Position numbers and translations under genes: made by a program. The notes below the pieces were generated by a model, which was not told where the DNA came from, did not search any database, and was given only the letters and a program-made list of their open reading frames with translations. Below, piece after piece: positions 42,040 through 55,160 of a DNA stretch of 64,000 nt. Position 1 is the stretch's first letter, and the number at the start of each line of letters is the position of its first letter. The stretch is from Octopus vulgaris. Taxonomy: Eukaryota. The stretch covers positions 31,124,001 through 31,188,000 of the forward strand of contig OX597818.1 of assembly GCA_951406725.2 (NCBI GenBank). Direction: 5' to 3'.

Positions 42040-42619
42040 AATATCAGTAGAGTACTGGTGTCGATGTAATCGACTTACCCAAACCCCCGAACTTTCTGGG
42101 CCTTCTGCCAAAATTTGAACCCAAAAGGCGACGAGCTAGCGCAATCGTTGGCATGCCGGGCGAAATGCTAAGCGGCATTTCGTCCATCCTTACGTTCTGA
42201 GTTCAAATTCCGCTGAGGTCGACTTTGCTTTTCATCCTTTCGGGTTTGATAAATCAAGTAACAGTTGAGTACTGGGGTTCCCCAAAATTTCAGGCCTTGT
42301 GCCTTTAATAGGTAGGGTTATTATTATTATTATTCTTATTGGGCGCTGGCAGAATCGTTACCGCACCGGACAAAATATTTAGCGGTGTTTCGTCCATTAC
42401 TCTTTACTCTTTTACTTGTTACAGTCATTTGACTGGCCTTGCTGGAGCACCGTCTTTAGTCGAGCAAATCGACCCCAGGTCTTATTCTTTGTAAGCCTAG
42501 TACTTATTCTATCGGTCACTTTTGCCGAACCGCTAAGTTACGGGGACGTAAACACACCATCGGTTGTCAAGCGATGTTGGGGGACAAACACACACGCACA
42601 AACATACATACACACATAC

Positions 42620-42650
<31 letters not shown>

Positions 42651-42728
42651 CATACATACATACATACATGCATACATACATACATACATATATACATACA
42701 TACATACATACATGCACACACACACACA

Positions 42729-42770
<42 letters not shown>

Positions 42771-43085
42771 CACTATGGGCTTCTTTCAGTTTCCGTCTAC
42801 CAAATTCACTCACAAAGCTTTGGTCGGCCCGATGCTATAGTAGAAGACACTTGCCCAAGGTTCCACGCAGTGGGACTGAACCCGGAACCATGTGGTTCGT
42901 AAGCTAGCTACTTACCACACAGTCACTTAACTTTTGAGTTAAAATTCTGCTGAGGTCGACTTTGCTTTTCAACCCTTTTCAGTTTCAAAAAAATAAGTAC
43001 CAGTCGATTACTGGAGGTCGATGTAATTGACTTAGCCCCACCCCCGAAATTGCTGGCCTTGTGCCAAAATTTGAAACCATTATTA
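42040..43085 (+). mobile_element. Cluster of SINE family A copies, the last split by a family B copy
   Basis: Family A head at ~42340-42397 resumes at ~42928 after the inverted family B SINE. Confidence 0.75.
42398..42927 (-). mobile_element. SINE family B nested in family A
   Basis: Full reverse-complement copy with a (TAAAAGAG)-type tail. Confidence 0.85.
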
Positions 43086-43470
43086 TTATTATTCCAGTTC
43101 TTTATGTACTGTGTTCAAATTCCACTAGAGTCGATTTTGTTTCACTTTTTCGGACCACTGGGATCAAAGTAACCGACGACTAGTACACTTTCCTCAAATT
43201 TCAAGATTTCAAGCCTCGTGTCTACAATAGAAAAAAGAAAACTACTACTACTACTACTATTACAACTACTACTACTACTACTGCTACTACTACTACTACA
43301 ACAACAACACTGGAATGTATTAAAACATGTTCACGATTGTAAGGGATCATTTGCTTGATAAAAGAAATACCGACTCAGCATTCATCACGTATTGAGTGCG
43401 TTCTTGAGCTATGGTCTGCTCGTTTCATGACTGAGATAGATAACGTGCATATATATATATATATGGGTGC

Positions 43471-43539
<69 letters not shown>

Positions 43540-43845
43540 TGTATTATGACTGTATACATAAGTATCTGTTTGTGTATGCATGTATACACATACACCAACT
43601 GACATACGCAGGAAAAGATGGCTCGTTTATATTTATGGTTACTGTACATGAAAGCCCAATAATTGTATTTCCTGGCGTAGGAATATTTGCTTTCTTATAT
43701 ATATATGCAGATATGTGTATATACATTTTTTGTCCAGACTGGAGGGCCTGCATTTCAAAGATTATAAATATAACCCATACTCTTTCAACAGGATAAAAAT
43801 AAAATGTGCTCATATACATATATAAAGGTCCCTTTGTGTGTGTGC

Positions 43846-43895
<50 letters not shown>

Positions 43896-44014
43896 CTGTG
43901 TATGTGTATGACATGTACGTGCTTATATGATTTACGTATATGCGTATGTGCCTGTGCGTATATGTGTTATATACATACATATATTCACATACACACACAT
44001 ACACACACGCACAT

Positions 44015-44065
<51 letters not shown>

Positions 44066-44086
44066 CATATATACATACATACATAC

Positions 44087-44119
<33 letters not shown>

Positions 44120-44958
44120 ACACATATCACATATACGCGCGCACATGCACGTACACACATACACACGCGCGCATATACACGTGCAAAACTATACACATGT
44201 ATATATAAATACATCTGCAATTTCCTTGTTGATGACTGTGAAGACACATAAAAGAAAGAATGGTATGCAAAGAAGCTCTTTACTAATTGCATGCTATTTA
44301 CCATATATTATAAGTCAGGCGTTCAAACCTCTTTGCTTGGGGCTTGCTGCCAACATGGAGTCTGTAATTTTATGACACATACTAAGGAGAGTGTAATTTA
44401 AGCTTTAACATTTCCTTCAGTATTTCTTTTATCTTCAATCTAAATTAGCAGACAATAACACCATCTACCGACCAAGGGAGAGGCGACAAAGGAGTAATTC
44501 ATATTGTTAACATTTGTGTTTTTTCTTTTTACTTTACGAGTTGAGAAAAGCTTAGATAGAAGTGTTTAAGATGTGTTTACGAAAGATGTGTGCGTCTTTC
44601 GTCTAACGTAAGGATCAGTTGATGTTCATGGTCGTGTTGTGATGACGGCGACGTTGGTGGTGGGCTGTGGGTGATAATGGTTGCGGATGTGATGATGATA
44701 ATGGCGGTGGTAATAGTGATGATTATGATAGTGATGGTGGTTCTGTTGTAGTGATGAAAATAATGGTGGTAGCAAATACGATGGTGTTAACGATAGTGGT
44801 GATGGTGTAATAGTGAATATAATAGTGGTAGTAGTTGTGATTGTATTATAGGTAGCAGTAGTAGTAGTAGCAGGGATCGTCTAATGCAGCAATAATGATG
44901 ATGTCAGTAATAGTAGATATGCAATTGAATATAATAAAATCATATAAGGCGGTTAATA

Positions 44959-46138
44959 TCAGGTCATCCCATAAGTTCTGTCCGATTTTACCTTTTTTAT
45001 AATTGAATGAAATTTAATAGTATTTTAGAATGCTTAATGGAATTAAAAATTATTTTTATGCATCTGTGTACATTTAAACTAATTAAATATTATTTTACGG
45101 AATAATAGAATTAAAATTTTATTGATTAAAACCCTTTCTAACATGGAAGTATCCAAAGAGCATTTAAGGCACATAATGCTTTATGAGTACAAAAAAGGAA
45201 ACTCTGCAGCCGAAGCGACTCGAAACATACACTCAGTTTATGGGAAATAATGACTGAATGAAAGAACTTGCAGAAGAGGATTTGCAAAATTCAGAAGTGG
45301 AGGTTTCAGCCTTGAAGATGAAAATCGAACAGGACGTCCAGTTGAATTTGATGATAAGCTCCTTGAGGCATTACTTGAAGAAAATCTTGCATTATCAGTT
45401 GAAGAATTGGCTATAAAGCTTAGTTCAAACCATGCAACTGTTCATCGTCATCTTCAACAACTTGGAAAGGTTCCTAAACTTGATAAATGGGTACCTCATG
45501 AATTGTCCGAAAGCAACCACAAATGCCTAGTTGACATATGCTCTTCTCTCCATTCTCACGAACTCATTTCACTCTTTTTGGATAGACTTGTGACTAGTGA
45601 CGAAAAATGGATCTTCTATCGAAATGTTAAACGTCGTAAACAGTGGCTTGGTAAAAGGGAAAAAACTCAACCACAACCGAGAAGGAACTTCATGCGAAAA
45701 AGGTTCTTCTCTCTATCTGGTGGGATTAGAAAGGAGTAATTCACTTTGAATTGTTAACACCTAATGCAACAATCAATGCTCAAGCCTACTGTCAGCAATT
45801 AGAGCGTTTAATCGAAGATTTGGAGAAAAAAAGACCCGCTTTAGCGAATCGAAAATGAGTGATGTTTCATCAGGACGGTGCCCAACCTCACATTGCAAAG
45901 ATCACATCACAGAAGATCGAAGAGCTTGGTTGGGAAAAAATTCCTCATCCACCTTATTCTCCCGACCTTGCTCATTCAGACTACCATTTGTTTCGTAGTT
46001 TACAGAATCATTTGGGGGACATAACTTTCGCAAGCCAGGGGAAGGTCGAAATTGACATTTCAGAGTTCTTCGCTTTGAAACCAAAAGAGTTTTACATTGA
46101 TGGAATTAAAAAGCTTGTAAATAAATAGAAGGAAGCCA
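44959..46138 (+). mobile_element. Mariner copy 2 (same family as 14230-15482), right end missing
   Basis: Same left TIR; transposase pseudogene from ATG 45143 with WVPHEL, TSDEKW, HQDGAQPH and YSPDLAHSD (DD34D type); homology stops at ~46138 before (TTA)n. Confidence 0.93.
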
Positions 46139-46159
46139 CTGTCTGGTACTGTATCGGGA

Positions 46160-46224
<65 letters not shown>

Positions 46225-48074
46225 GTTTTCTTTGTTGTTAGTTTTTAATGAGGTTTTGTTTGTGGAGTCAACTATTGTTGTAACAGTAGAGTATAATGGA
46301 GAGTATTCGTAATCGGAATAAGGGTAGTGGTGCTACAACTTTTGTTGATCGAGTTCGCGACGGTGCGCTGATATTAATGGGTGATACGGAACTTTCAGTA
46401 TATTGAATTACTGAGATTTTGCAAGCCCCTGGCACACAACGCGTGCGCTCGCATGTATATGCGCGTTTCTAAATAATGTATATGATTCTTATATTTACCA
46501 AAAGATCGGCGCAGAAACTTGCGCTATCCACGCCGTTAATCGGTATGAAACGTAACTAGCGTCGTAACAATGTAATTTATTAATAATTCTATTCTGTCAC
46601 TGTTTTCTATCTACTTTGGAGTCATTCCAGAATGAAGATAGCAATGATGGCAAAAGCGTACGCATCCCAACTTTCACCTGTTTTACCCTTGAAGATCTCA
46701 GCCTACGGAAGAAATACTTTTTAAAGTGCATTCGACATACAGGAAATAAGTTAAGCATAGCCCAGCTAATTATGAAAACTTTTCATTTGATGCGTAGCAG
46801 TTACGTCTGCATATATCAAATCCAGTAGCCATTAAGAAATTCTTTTCTCGATGTCGAATGAATATATTAACAAAAAAAAACCCCCAAAAACAAGGCAACT
46901 AACAAAAAACTAAATAACGTTCTTTGATGTAGCTTCTGTTTGATGTGAATAAATTGTCTTGTGTCACGATCTAGAAGCTGTGTAAATTAGGCAATATTCA
47001 TTACGCAATAAATGTTCTAGATCGGTTTCATTTTTCTTTTCGATACAAATCATAAATCTATTTCGTTTTAAAATGTTCATTCATTTACATAATCTAGATG
47101 CAGGCCTCAGGCAACTGTTTGAAGTTTTGTTGAGTACAGAATAAGGTGACTTAACACGAAATATATACTTAACTATGTGTTTCGGAAAAGCGTAGCTGAA
47201 GTTGGTTTACAGTGAGATAGATTGGTTTTTAAAACCTTATTGAGAGGACTCCCATAACGTTGATATAACGGCAAAAGTGTATCATGTTGTCGCTTAATCT
47301 ACTGAAGTCGAATGCTGACGGTAATAATATTAGTACTGAGGTTTAAGATACGAGTTAGAGATATATGTGATAACTGCATTATTGGACGCATCTAACTGTT
47401 TAAGAACTGCGTGATTATTTCTCTGTGCATTAATGTTATACTGACACAAGAAAGGAATGCACAAGTTTTCTATTCCCTGCGACATCTTAAGTATTTGTTA
47501 ATTGATCGAGTAGATAAGTGCAAGTGTTTCAGTGTTGAAGTAATAGTTATAAGAACAATAACAATAACAAAAATGGCAAAACAACGATCGCAAGAAGGAT
47601 GTTCCTTCTTCTGAACTGTCAAGTGAGAGATGAAGGATAACTTGGTCTCACGCACACAAAGGCCCGGGAATTTAAGCGGTTGAATGTAATAATAGATAAG
47701 TATACTCACATGAAGTGACGTAAAAACGACTAAGGTTGATATAAAAGTTTACCACCCGACAGTTCCAAGGAAAATTCAACCTCTTCTTAAATTAGAGGTT
47801 GAGAAATATGCTACATAAATTGACAGGCTTGGATATAAAATATTTTAGCTTGGAGGATGGGAGACAGTACTAATCAATAGATCTCCTTTCAACAAGAGGG
47901 AGTATAGATAATACTTTCAACCTCCAAAGAATTTGCAGAAATGTAAGAATTACAATTCTAGCAATAAATTTTCCGAAAGAGAGAGGTAAGCTCGCAGCTG
48001 TCTAAGTCTATAATTCGGTTTCAGTTCCTAGTTAGAGACACTTCAATATTTTTCTGTGATTATTACTCTTTAGG

Positions 48075-48358
48075 AAAGGGTGGCCAGCTGGCGGAATCGT
48101 TAGCAGTCCGGGGAAAATGCTTAGTGACATTTCGCCCGTCTTTACGTTCTGAGTTCAAACTCCGCCGACGTCGGCTTTGCTTTTCATCTTCTCGGTCTCG
48201 CTAAAATAAGTACCACTTGAGGATTGGGGGTCAACCTAATCGATTTAGCTCCTTCCCCCAAATTTCTGGACTTGTGCCAAAATTCGAAACTATTATCCCT
48301 TAAGGGAAGGCGGTGAGCTAGCAGAATCGTTAGCAGTCTACACAAAATGCTTAGAGGT
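48075..48358 (+). mobile_element. SINE family A copy plus a second head
   Basis: Family A motifs. Confidence 0.7.
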
Positions 48359-48395
48359 AATACCTATTTCAACATACGATTTCACATCAAGAATC

Positions 48396-48775
48396 TTGTG
48401 AAGAAGCTTACTTCTCAATCACATGGTTCCGGGTTCAGTCCCACTGCATGGCACTTTGGGCAAGCGTCTTCTACTATAGCCTCGGGCCGACCAAATCTTT
48501 GTGAGTGGAATTTTGTAGACGGAAACTGAAAGAAGCTCGTAGTATACACACGCACACTCACACACACATGTATATGTTTATGTGTGTGTGTCATTGTGTC
48601 TGTGGTGTTTGCGTCCCTTAACTTAACGGTTCGGCAAAAGGGAACGATAAAATAAGTACTAGGCTTACAAAGAATAAGTCCTGGGGTCGATTTCTTCGAC
48701 TAAAACTACTTTAAGGCGGTGTTCCAGCATGGCCGCAGTCAAATGACCGAAGCAAGTAAATAAATAAGAGAATAT
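48396..48775 (+). mobile_element. SINE family B
   Basis: Colinear with other family B copies. Confidence 0.8.
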
Positions 48776-48994
48776 AAAAATATGCAATATCTGAAAAGTA
48801 AATAGACATTGACACATCTCAATTATACCGTTTTATCTGTGCAGTCAGTACTCGGTGTTTCAAATATATTATGCACAAGGCATGTCACCTAAATACTTAA
48901 GTACTTAAATGCTTCAAATGGCATTATTTTGTCTCCCAAAATAAATCTTTTCAAAATAATGGTTTCCATTTACTTTTGAGATGTCCTCCCTTTC

Positions 48995-49090
<96 letters not shown>

Positions 49091-49111
49091 ATCTGTCTAT
49101 CTATCTGTCTG

Positions 49112-49167
<56 letters not shown>

Positions 49168-49168
49168 G

Positions 49169-49203
<35 letters not shown>

Positions 49204-50210
49204 CACACATTAATTCCAATAGTTTAGATACTAAGTTAATAGCTACAGAGTTAGAAATACGTGACAGTTTATTTAGCTTTACGAAGGTCTTTAAATTTAG
49301 GGGATACAAACATATTATATTATTATCAATAATGTATTTTCTGGGTTAAAAATGCCGACCAAAAACAAGGTAAGTACCGTAAGTAAAAGTATCTTAGACA
49401 CTAATTGTCTTAAAATTAAACAAACGACGTGTGAGGTAACGGTAGTTCTGTTATCTACTGTTTCAATAGTGTTATTAATAAGCAGCAATATAAATCCACT
49501 CATCTTCATATCATTGAAATTTATCCATTGAAGATTAAACCTTTGCTTCAAAAAAATATCAGATTTAGCTAAGAAATTTACTTCGTTTAAAAATTCTGAT
49601 ACCAGAATGATTATGCATGTAAAAATCATTGCTTTTGTTTTTTCGATGCGATATAGTTGTAAAAATAAGTAACGTTAATCCTCTAGATATAGCGATGAGT
49701 AACCTAAACTTTTCAAACGTTTGGCTATATTTTATATTTATTACATAAGTGTTGATAATTTGCTGCGCGGTTTTTATCTAGATAATTGGATCATTATCCT
49801 AGATACTATGAATTTTCAAATGTTAAATTGTCTCAGAAAAAAAATCTCTTTCAAGTTATATATGATTAAAGATTAATGTTGATACAAATATTCATAGTTA
49901 TAACTTTTTTGGTGGGATACTATTTAAAATTTAGAAATCTATAAATACTTCCCATTTAATCACGATACATAAATATCACTTTATACTATCGGCGTCTCAT
50001 GAATAATTTCAAGAGGAACATTAGGAAAAAACGCTTATTCAGTTTTTCATCTCATAAATCTTCAAAAAAAAAAAAAAAGATCAACGGAATATTACAATTA
50101 AGCATTGATGTGCAGGGCTATTAAGGGAAAATATGAAAATATTAATTACATATATGATGACAATGACGAGGCTGGTGGTGGTAGTGGTGGTAATAATAAT
50201 AATGATAATA

Positions 50211-50285
<75 letters not shown>

Positions 50286-50301
50286 CACTGCTCTCTCACT
50301 C

Positions 50302-50351
<50 letters not shown>

Positions 50352-50361
50352 CAATATTAAT

Positions 50362-50584
50362 AATAATAATCCTTTCTACTAAAGGTGCAAGGCCTGAAAT
50401 TTTGGGGGACGGCACTAGACGATTATATCGACCCCAGTGTTTCACTGGTACTTAAATTATCGACCCCGAAAGGATGAAAAGCAACGTCGACCTCGGCGGA
50501 ATTGAACTCAGAACATAGCAGCAGACGAAATACCGCTAAACATTTGGCCCGGCGTGCTAACGATTCTGCCAGCTTGTCGCCTTA
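50362..50584 (-). mobile_element. SINE family A with (ATT)n tail, inside a (TAA)n array
   Basis: Reverse-complement family A; similar copy at ~51008-51231. Confidence 0.8.
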
Positions 50585-50598
50585 ACAATAACAATAAC

Positions 50599-50659
<61 letters not shown>

Positions 50660-51234
50660 TTCTTTTTTTAACAACTAAATGTTCAAGGACAGTACTGGAA
50701 GGTACAGGATAATACAATATGGTGGTCACAGAAAAGCTTGTAAAATAACAGAAACAAAAGAGCAAAAATTTAAATCAGTATTTCCTCAAAAGTATAGGAC
50801 AGACCTCCGAGGTCTGTTCGTGGAAACACTACAAAACCACGATAACCCTGACCAAGATAGAAACAAGATAGAATAATAAAATTAACATAAACTCTTATGA
50901 AGAATAAAAAGGCTCAAACTCAGATCTTTCAACACATTTTCAGTTTCATCGATAAACAACAACAACTACAGCAACAAAATGAACAAGGATAGAAACAGCA
51001 ACAGCAATAATAATTTCTACTAAAGACACAAGGCCTGAAATTTGTGGGGAGGAAACTAGTCAATTACATCGACCCCCTATTTTCACTGGTACTTAATATT
51101 GGTACAATTTTGTAGGAGATCCCGAAATAATGAAAGGCAAATCGACCTCATCGGAAGTTTTAACTCAGAGCACAAAGACGGATGAAATGCCCCTAACCAG
51201 TGTGCTAACGAGTCTGCCAGCTCTCCGCTTTAAC

Positions 51235-51299
<65 letters not shown>

Positions 51300-51632
51300 G
51301 TATAATTTATTGATTTAGGTATACATATAATAAATATATTTCAAATTTTGGGAGATAAGCTTAGTCCATACCACCAACCCAACTATTAACAGGTTCTTTA
51401 ATTTTAACGGCCCCGAACAAATGACAGGCAGGATCGGTATTGGTAGCATTTGAACAGTAAAGAAGCCGGTGACCTTTGTATTTTAAATAAATATATTCTT
51501 GCATTGGAATTCGATATTAAATAACGTTTCAGAGTTAGTAATGTTTTGTTGGCTTCATTTTCTGGAAGGTGAACAGTTTCCTTTCATTCTGTCACATGAT
51601 CGAATGAAATCATATCTTCATCATAGTTTATA

Positions 51633-51686
<54 letters not shown>

Positions 51687-51689
51687 ATA

Positions 51690-51804
51690 TATAAATTAGA
51701 AAAAACACCTTTTATCAATTCAAAATGAAAAATTAAATTACACCATCTAGAAAATTTAGTTTTTCATTTTGAATTGATAAAAGGTGGTTTTCTTCTAATT
51801 TATA
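51690..51804. repeat. Inverted repeat with ~42-bp arms abutting (TA)n
   Basis: CACCTTTTATCAATTCAAAATGAAAA / TTTTCATTTTGAATTGATAAAAGGTG. Confidence 0.85.
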
Positions 51805-51990
51805 CACACACAAATATATTATATTTTGTGAAATTTGATTTAGTATTCCTAAATTGAATTTTTCCCTGTAAATTTGGAATAATATTCCCTCATATATATT
51901 TATGTATGTATGTATGTATGTATGTATGTAGGTATGTATGTATGGATGGAATCATGCATACACGTATGTATGCATAAATATATAAATATG

Positions 51991-52103
<113 letters not shown>

Positions 52104-52569
52104 GTACATACATATATAAGAGTCAAATGTTATAAGGTTCATTTCATTACGGGCTGCTAGTTGTTATTGATGTGTCAAATTGGTTTAACGATGATTCGGG
52201 CAAATTGACGGAATAACAAGCATAAAACGTAACAGCTGTTTGCCTTCCACTCGAGTTTGTCTCTAAGTAGCTTAAATATATTTTATGACTTTACCAAGCA
52301 GCAAAGAAGGGGAGATAAAGAGAAACAATATTATTGGGTGAACGTTACATAATCTTATCGCTTTTCTATAGCTGTTTATTTTTCTCTTATAGTGTGTATT
52401 ATTATTATTGCTATTAAGCGTAATATAGTTACGGTTCTTTACGAGGTCAGTTTTGTTTTTCATTCATATAAAGGTGATAAAATAAAGTACTGGACTCGAT
52501 ATATTCGAATGTTCCCTTTCCCTTGAATTTCTGACCTTCTGCTTAAGTCAGAACTGATTGTTAATATGT

Positions 52570-52989
52570 ATTGGTTACAAATTTTGGCAAAGGGCCAGCA
52601 ACTTCTGCAGGAGGGGTTACATCAACCCCAGTGATCAACTTGGTACTCTTGGTACTCTTGGTACTCTTTTTATCAACCTCGAAAGGCAAAGTGGGCCTCA
52701 GCGTAATTTGAACTCAGAACGTAAAGACGGACGAAATGCCGCTAAGCATTCGGTCTGTCGTGCTAACGGGCGAAATGCATAGCCGTATTTCGTCTGCCGT
52801 TACGTTCTGAGTTCAAATTCCGCCGAGGTCGACTTTACCTTTCATCCTTTCGGGGTCGATAAATTAAGTATCAGTTACGCACTGGGATCGATGTAATCGA
52901 TTTAATCCGTTTGTCTGTCCTTGTTTGTCCCCTCTGCGTTTAGCCCCTTGTGGGTAGTAAAGAAATAGGTTCTATCAGCTCGCCGCCTT
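52570..52989. mobile_element. Minus-strand SINE A interrupted by a plus-strand SINE A (~52769-52970)
   Basis: Outer copy breaks at GTGCTAACG and resumes at TTCTATCAGCTCGCCGCCTT. Confidence 0.8.
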
Positions 52990-53354
52990 ATTTGTTAATA
53001 CAACTTAGATATTCTTTAGTTGTTCTTTAGTAATTTTTGAGTTCAAATCATGTTGTGGTTGATTTTATTGATCATACTTCATGAAAAATATGCACCAGCC
53101 GAGTTCTAGGTTTAATTTTATCGACCACAGTTTTATATAAAATTGTAATAGTGTATGAGTGAATACATACATACAAACATACGACGACGGCTAGTGGGCC
53201 GAAACTTCGAAGTCACTGTCATGTCACCGTTCTTTTTGTAAGAGCATAAAAAGTCTTACGAAAGTATTGAGTCTATTCAGTCTAATGCTAAATTATTTTT
53301 ATTATAACTGAATATAAAATTAAACGTCAGTTATATGTCTGTATATATGTGTAT

Positions 53355-53550
53355 AAGGCAGCGAGCCGGACAAAATGCTTAGCAGCATTTCGTTCGTTTT
53401 TATGTTCTGAATTTATATTCCACCGAGATCGACTTTACCTTTTATTCTTTCGGTATCGATAAAATAAATACCAGTTGAAGAATGGGGTCGATGTGATCGA
53501 GTTACCCACTCTCCTGAAATTGTTGGCTTTGTACCACAATTTGAAATCAA
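53355..53550 (+). mobile_element. Degenerate SINE family A
   Basis: Family A motifs. Confidence 0.65.
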
Positions 53551-53899
53551 TATATACATATATGAGCGTGTTTAGGGCTCAAGGGCCAACAGAAATAGGT
53601 CTTGGAGACGTTGTGTGTTCAAAGATCCTTTAGGCTAATTTTTATCTGAGATACCAGTTGAACCCACAGCGTTGTCCAACCCACTACTGCACGGATATTA
53701 ATAACGGGTGAGATCCGGGAAATTAATTTGAAATAAATATGCAATGGCACTAATCGTGTTGCTCCAGCATGGCTACAACCACTGGCTGAAACCAATAACA
53801 AAGTAAAGACAAAATATAAATGCATATATATCTAAATGTACAAATATAAATATACATACATGCATTGTCACAATAGATACATACATATACTTAGACGCA

Positions 53900-54268
53900 T
53901 ACTCTTTGACTGTTTGACTCTTTGACATCTTTCAGCTTTAAGGCTGCGGTCATGCTGGGGCACCATCATTGGCTGTGCTTCACCATTATTTGAAGCCTCT
54001 TCTGATATGTGGAATTTGGTGAAGTGGGGAGTTTGAAGTTGCTGTTCTCATCTGCGTTTCTTGCGGTGAGGTAGGCTCATCTGGAACCCCTGACTGGAGA
54101 AGATCCAGTTTTGTTTTAAAGACAACTACATCCACACCAAGCAGGTCTCTCAGGCATTTTGGAGGGATATTGAAGATTTGTGAGCTCTTGAAACACAAGC
54201 TATTGCAGTATCTGGTTCCGTATTTTGATGGCGATGTTGGGATCTTTGATACTATGCAATGGTGCCCT
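53900..54268 (-). mobile_element. 5'-truncated CR1-group LINE 3' end
   Basis: ORF segment SQIFNIPPKCLRDL...FKTKLDLLQSGVPDEP...TSNSPLHQ fits the FN.LP...FK..LD C-terminal pattern; followed by a 3' UTR and (GTCAAAGA)-type tail repeats. Confidence 0.7.
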
Positions 54269-54327
54269 ACACATATACATATATACATAAGCATATACAA
54301 AAAAATTCAAATATGCACATATATGTC

Positions 54328-54402
<75 letters not shown>

Positions 54403-54749
54403 ATACATATATATATATTTGTGTGTGTGTATGTGTGTGTATGCATATACATGATTTTTGTTATTTTATTTGTACTTTTAAATTTAAGTAAACACTTACA
54501 AAATATTGTGAGTGTAAGAGAATGTATAAATTATTTTACTGTTTTTTTTGTAGAGTATGAACAATAATAAAAAAAACCCATAAATAATAAAAGTGATGCT
54601 GTTTCATGTACTTTACTATTCATTCCACGAGAATCCTCACAATTTTCTTTAAACGTATGTGCATTAATGAATATTTAAAAACGTTTCCTTCTTCAAAGAT
54701 GGACGAACAAAATATTATTTGGTTTGACGTCATTATTAGTAGTAATAAA

Positions 54750-54902
54750 AAGGCGGCGAGCTGGCAGAATCGTTAAAACTCCGAGTAACAAGCTTAGCGG
54801 CATTTCGTCTATCTTTACGTTCTGCGTTCAAATTCTGCCGACGTCGACTTTGCCTTTCCTCCTTTCGGGGTCGATGAAATAAGTACTAGTTACGCATTGG
54901 GT
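54750..54902 (+). mobile_element. SINE family A, 3'-truncated at (TA)n
   Basis: Head and centre present. Confidence 0.8.
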
Positions 54903-54903
54903 A

Positions 54904-54974
<71 letters not shown>

Positions 54975-54976
<2 letters not shown>

Positions 54977-55160
54977 CCATGATAGATCGTTAGCCACTAC
55001 ACACATTTTTTTCTCTCCTTGTTTTTTCTGTGTCCCTTTCTGTAGAAGAGCGTAGGCTCGAAACGCAAAAGACTTTTTCTATTCCTGAGCGTTATACTAA
55101 TATATCTGTTTGTTTTGTACACCACCTGTCTTCGTCTTTTGTTTTTTCGTAAACTCTCCC
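54975..55160 (+). mobile_element. Short insert in (TA)n, probable Penelope-like terminal fragment
   Basis: Bounded by (TA)n on both sides; contains hammerhead-like GAAGAGCGTAGGCTCGAAAC. Confidence 0.55.
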
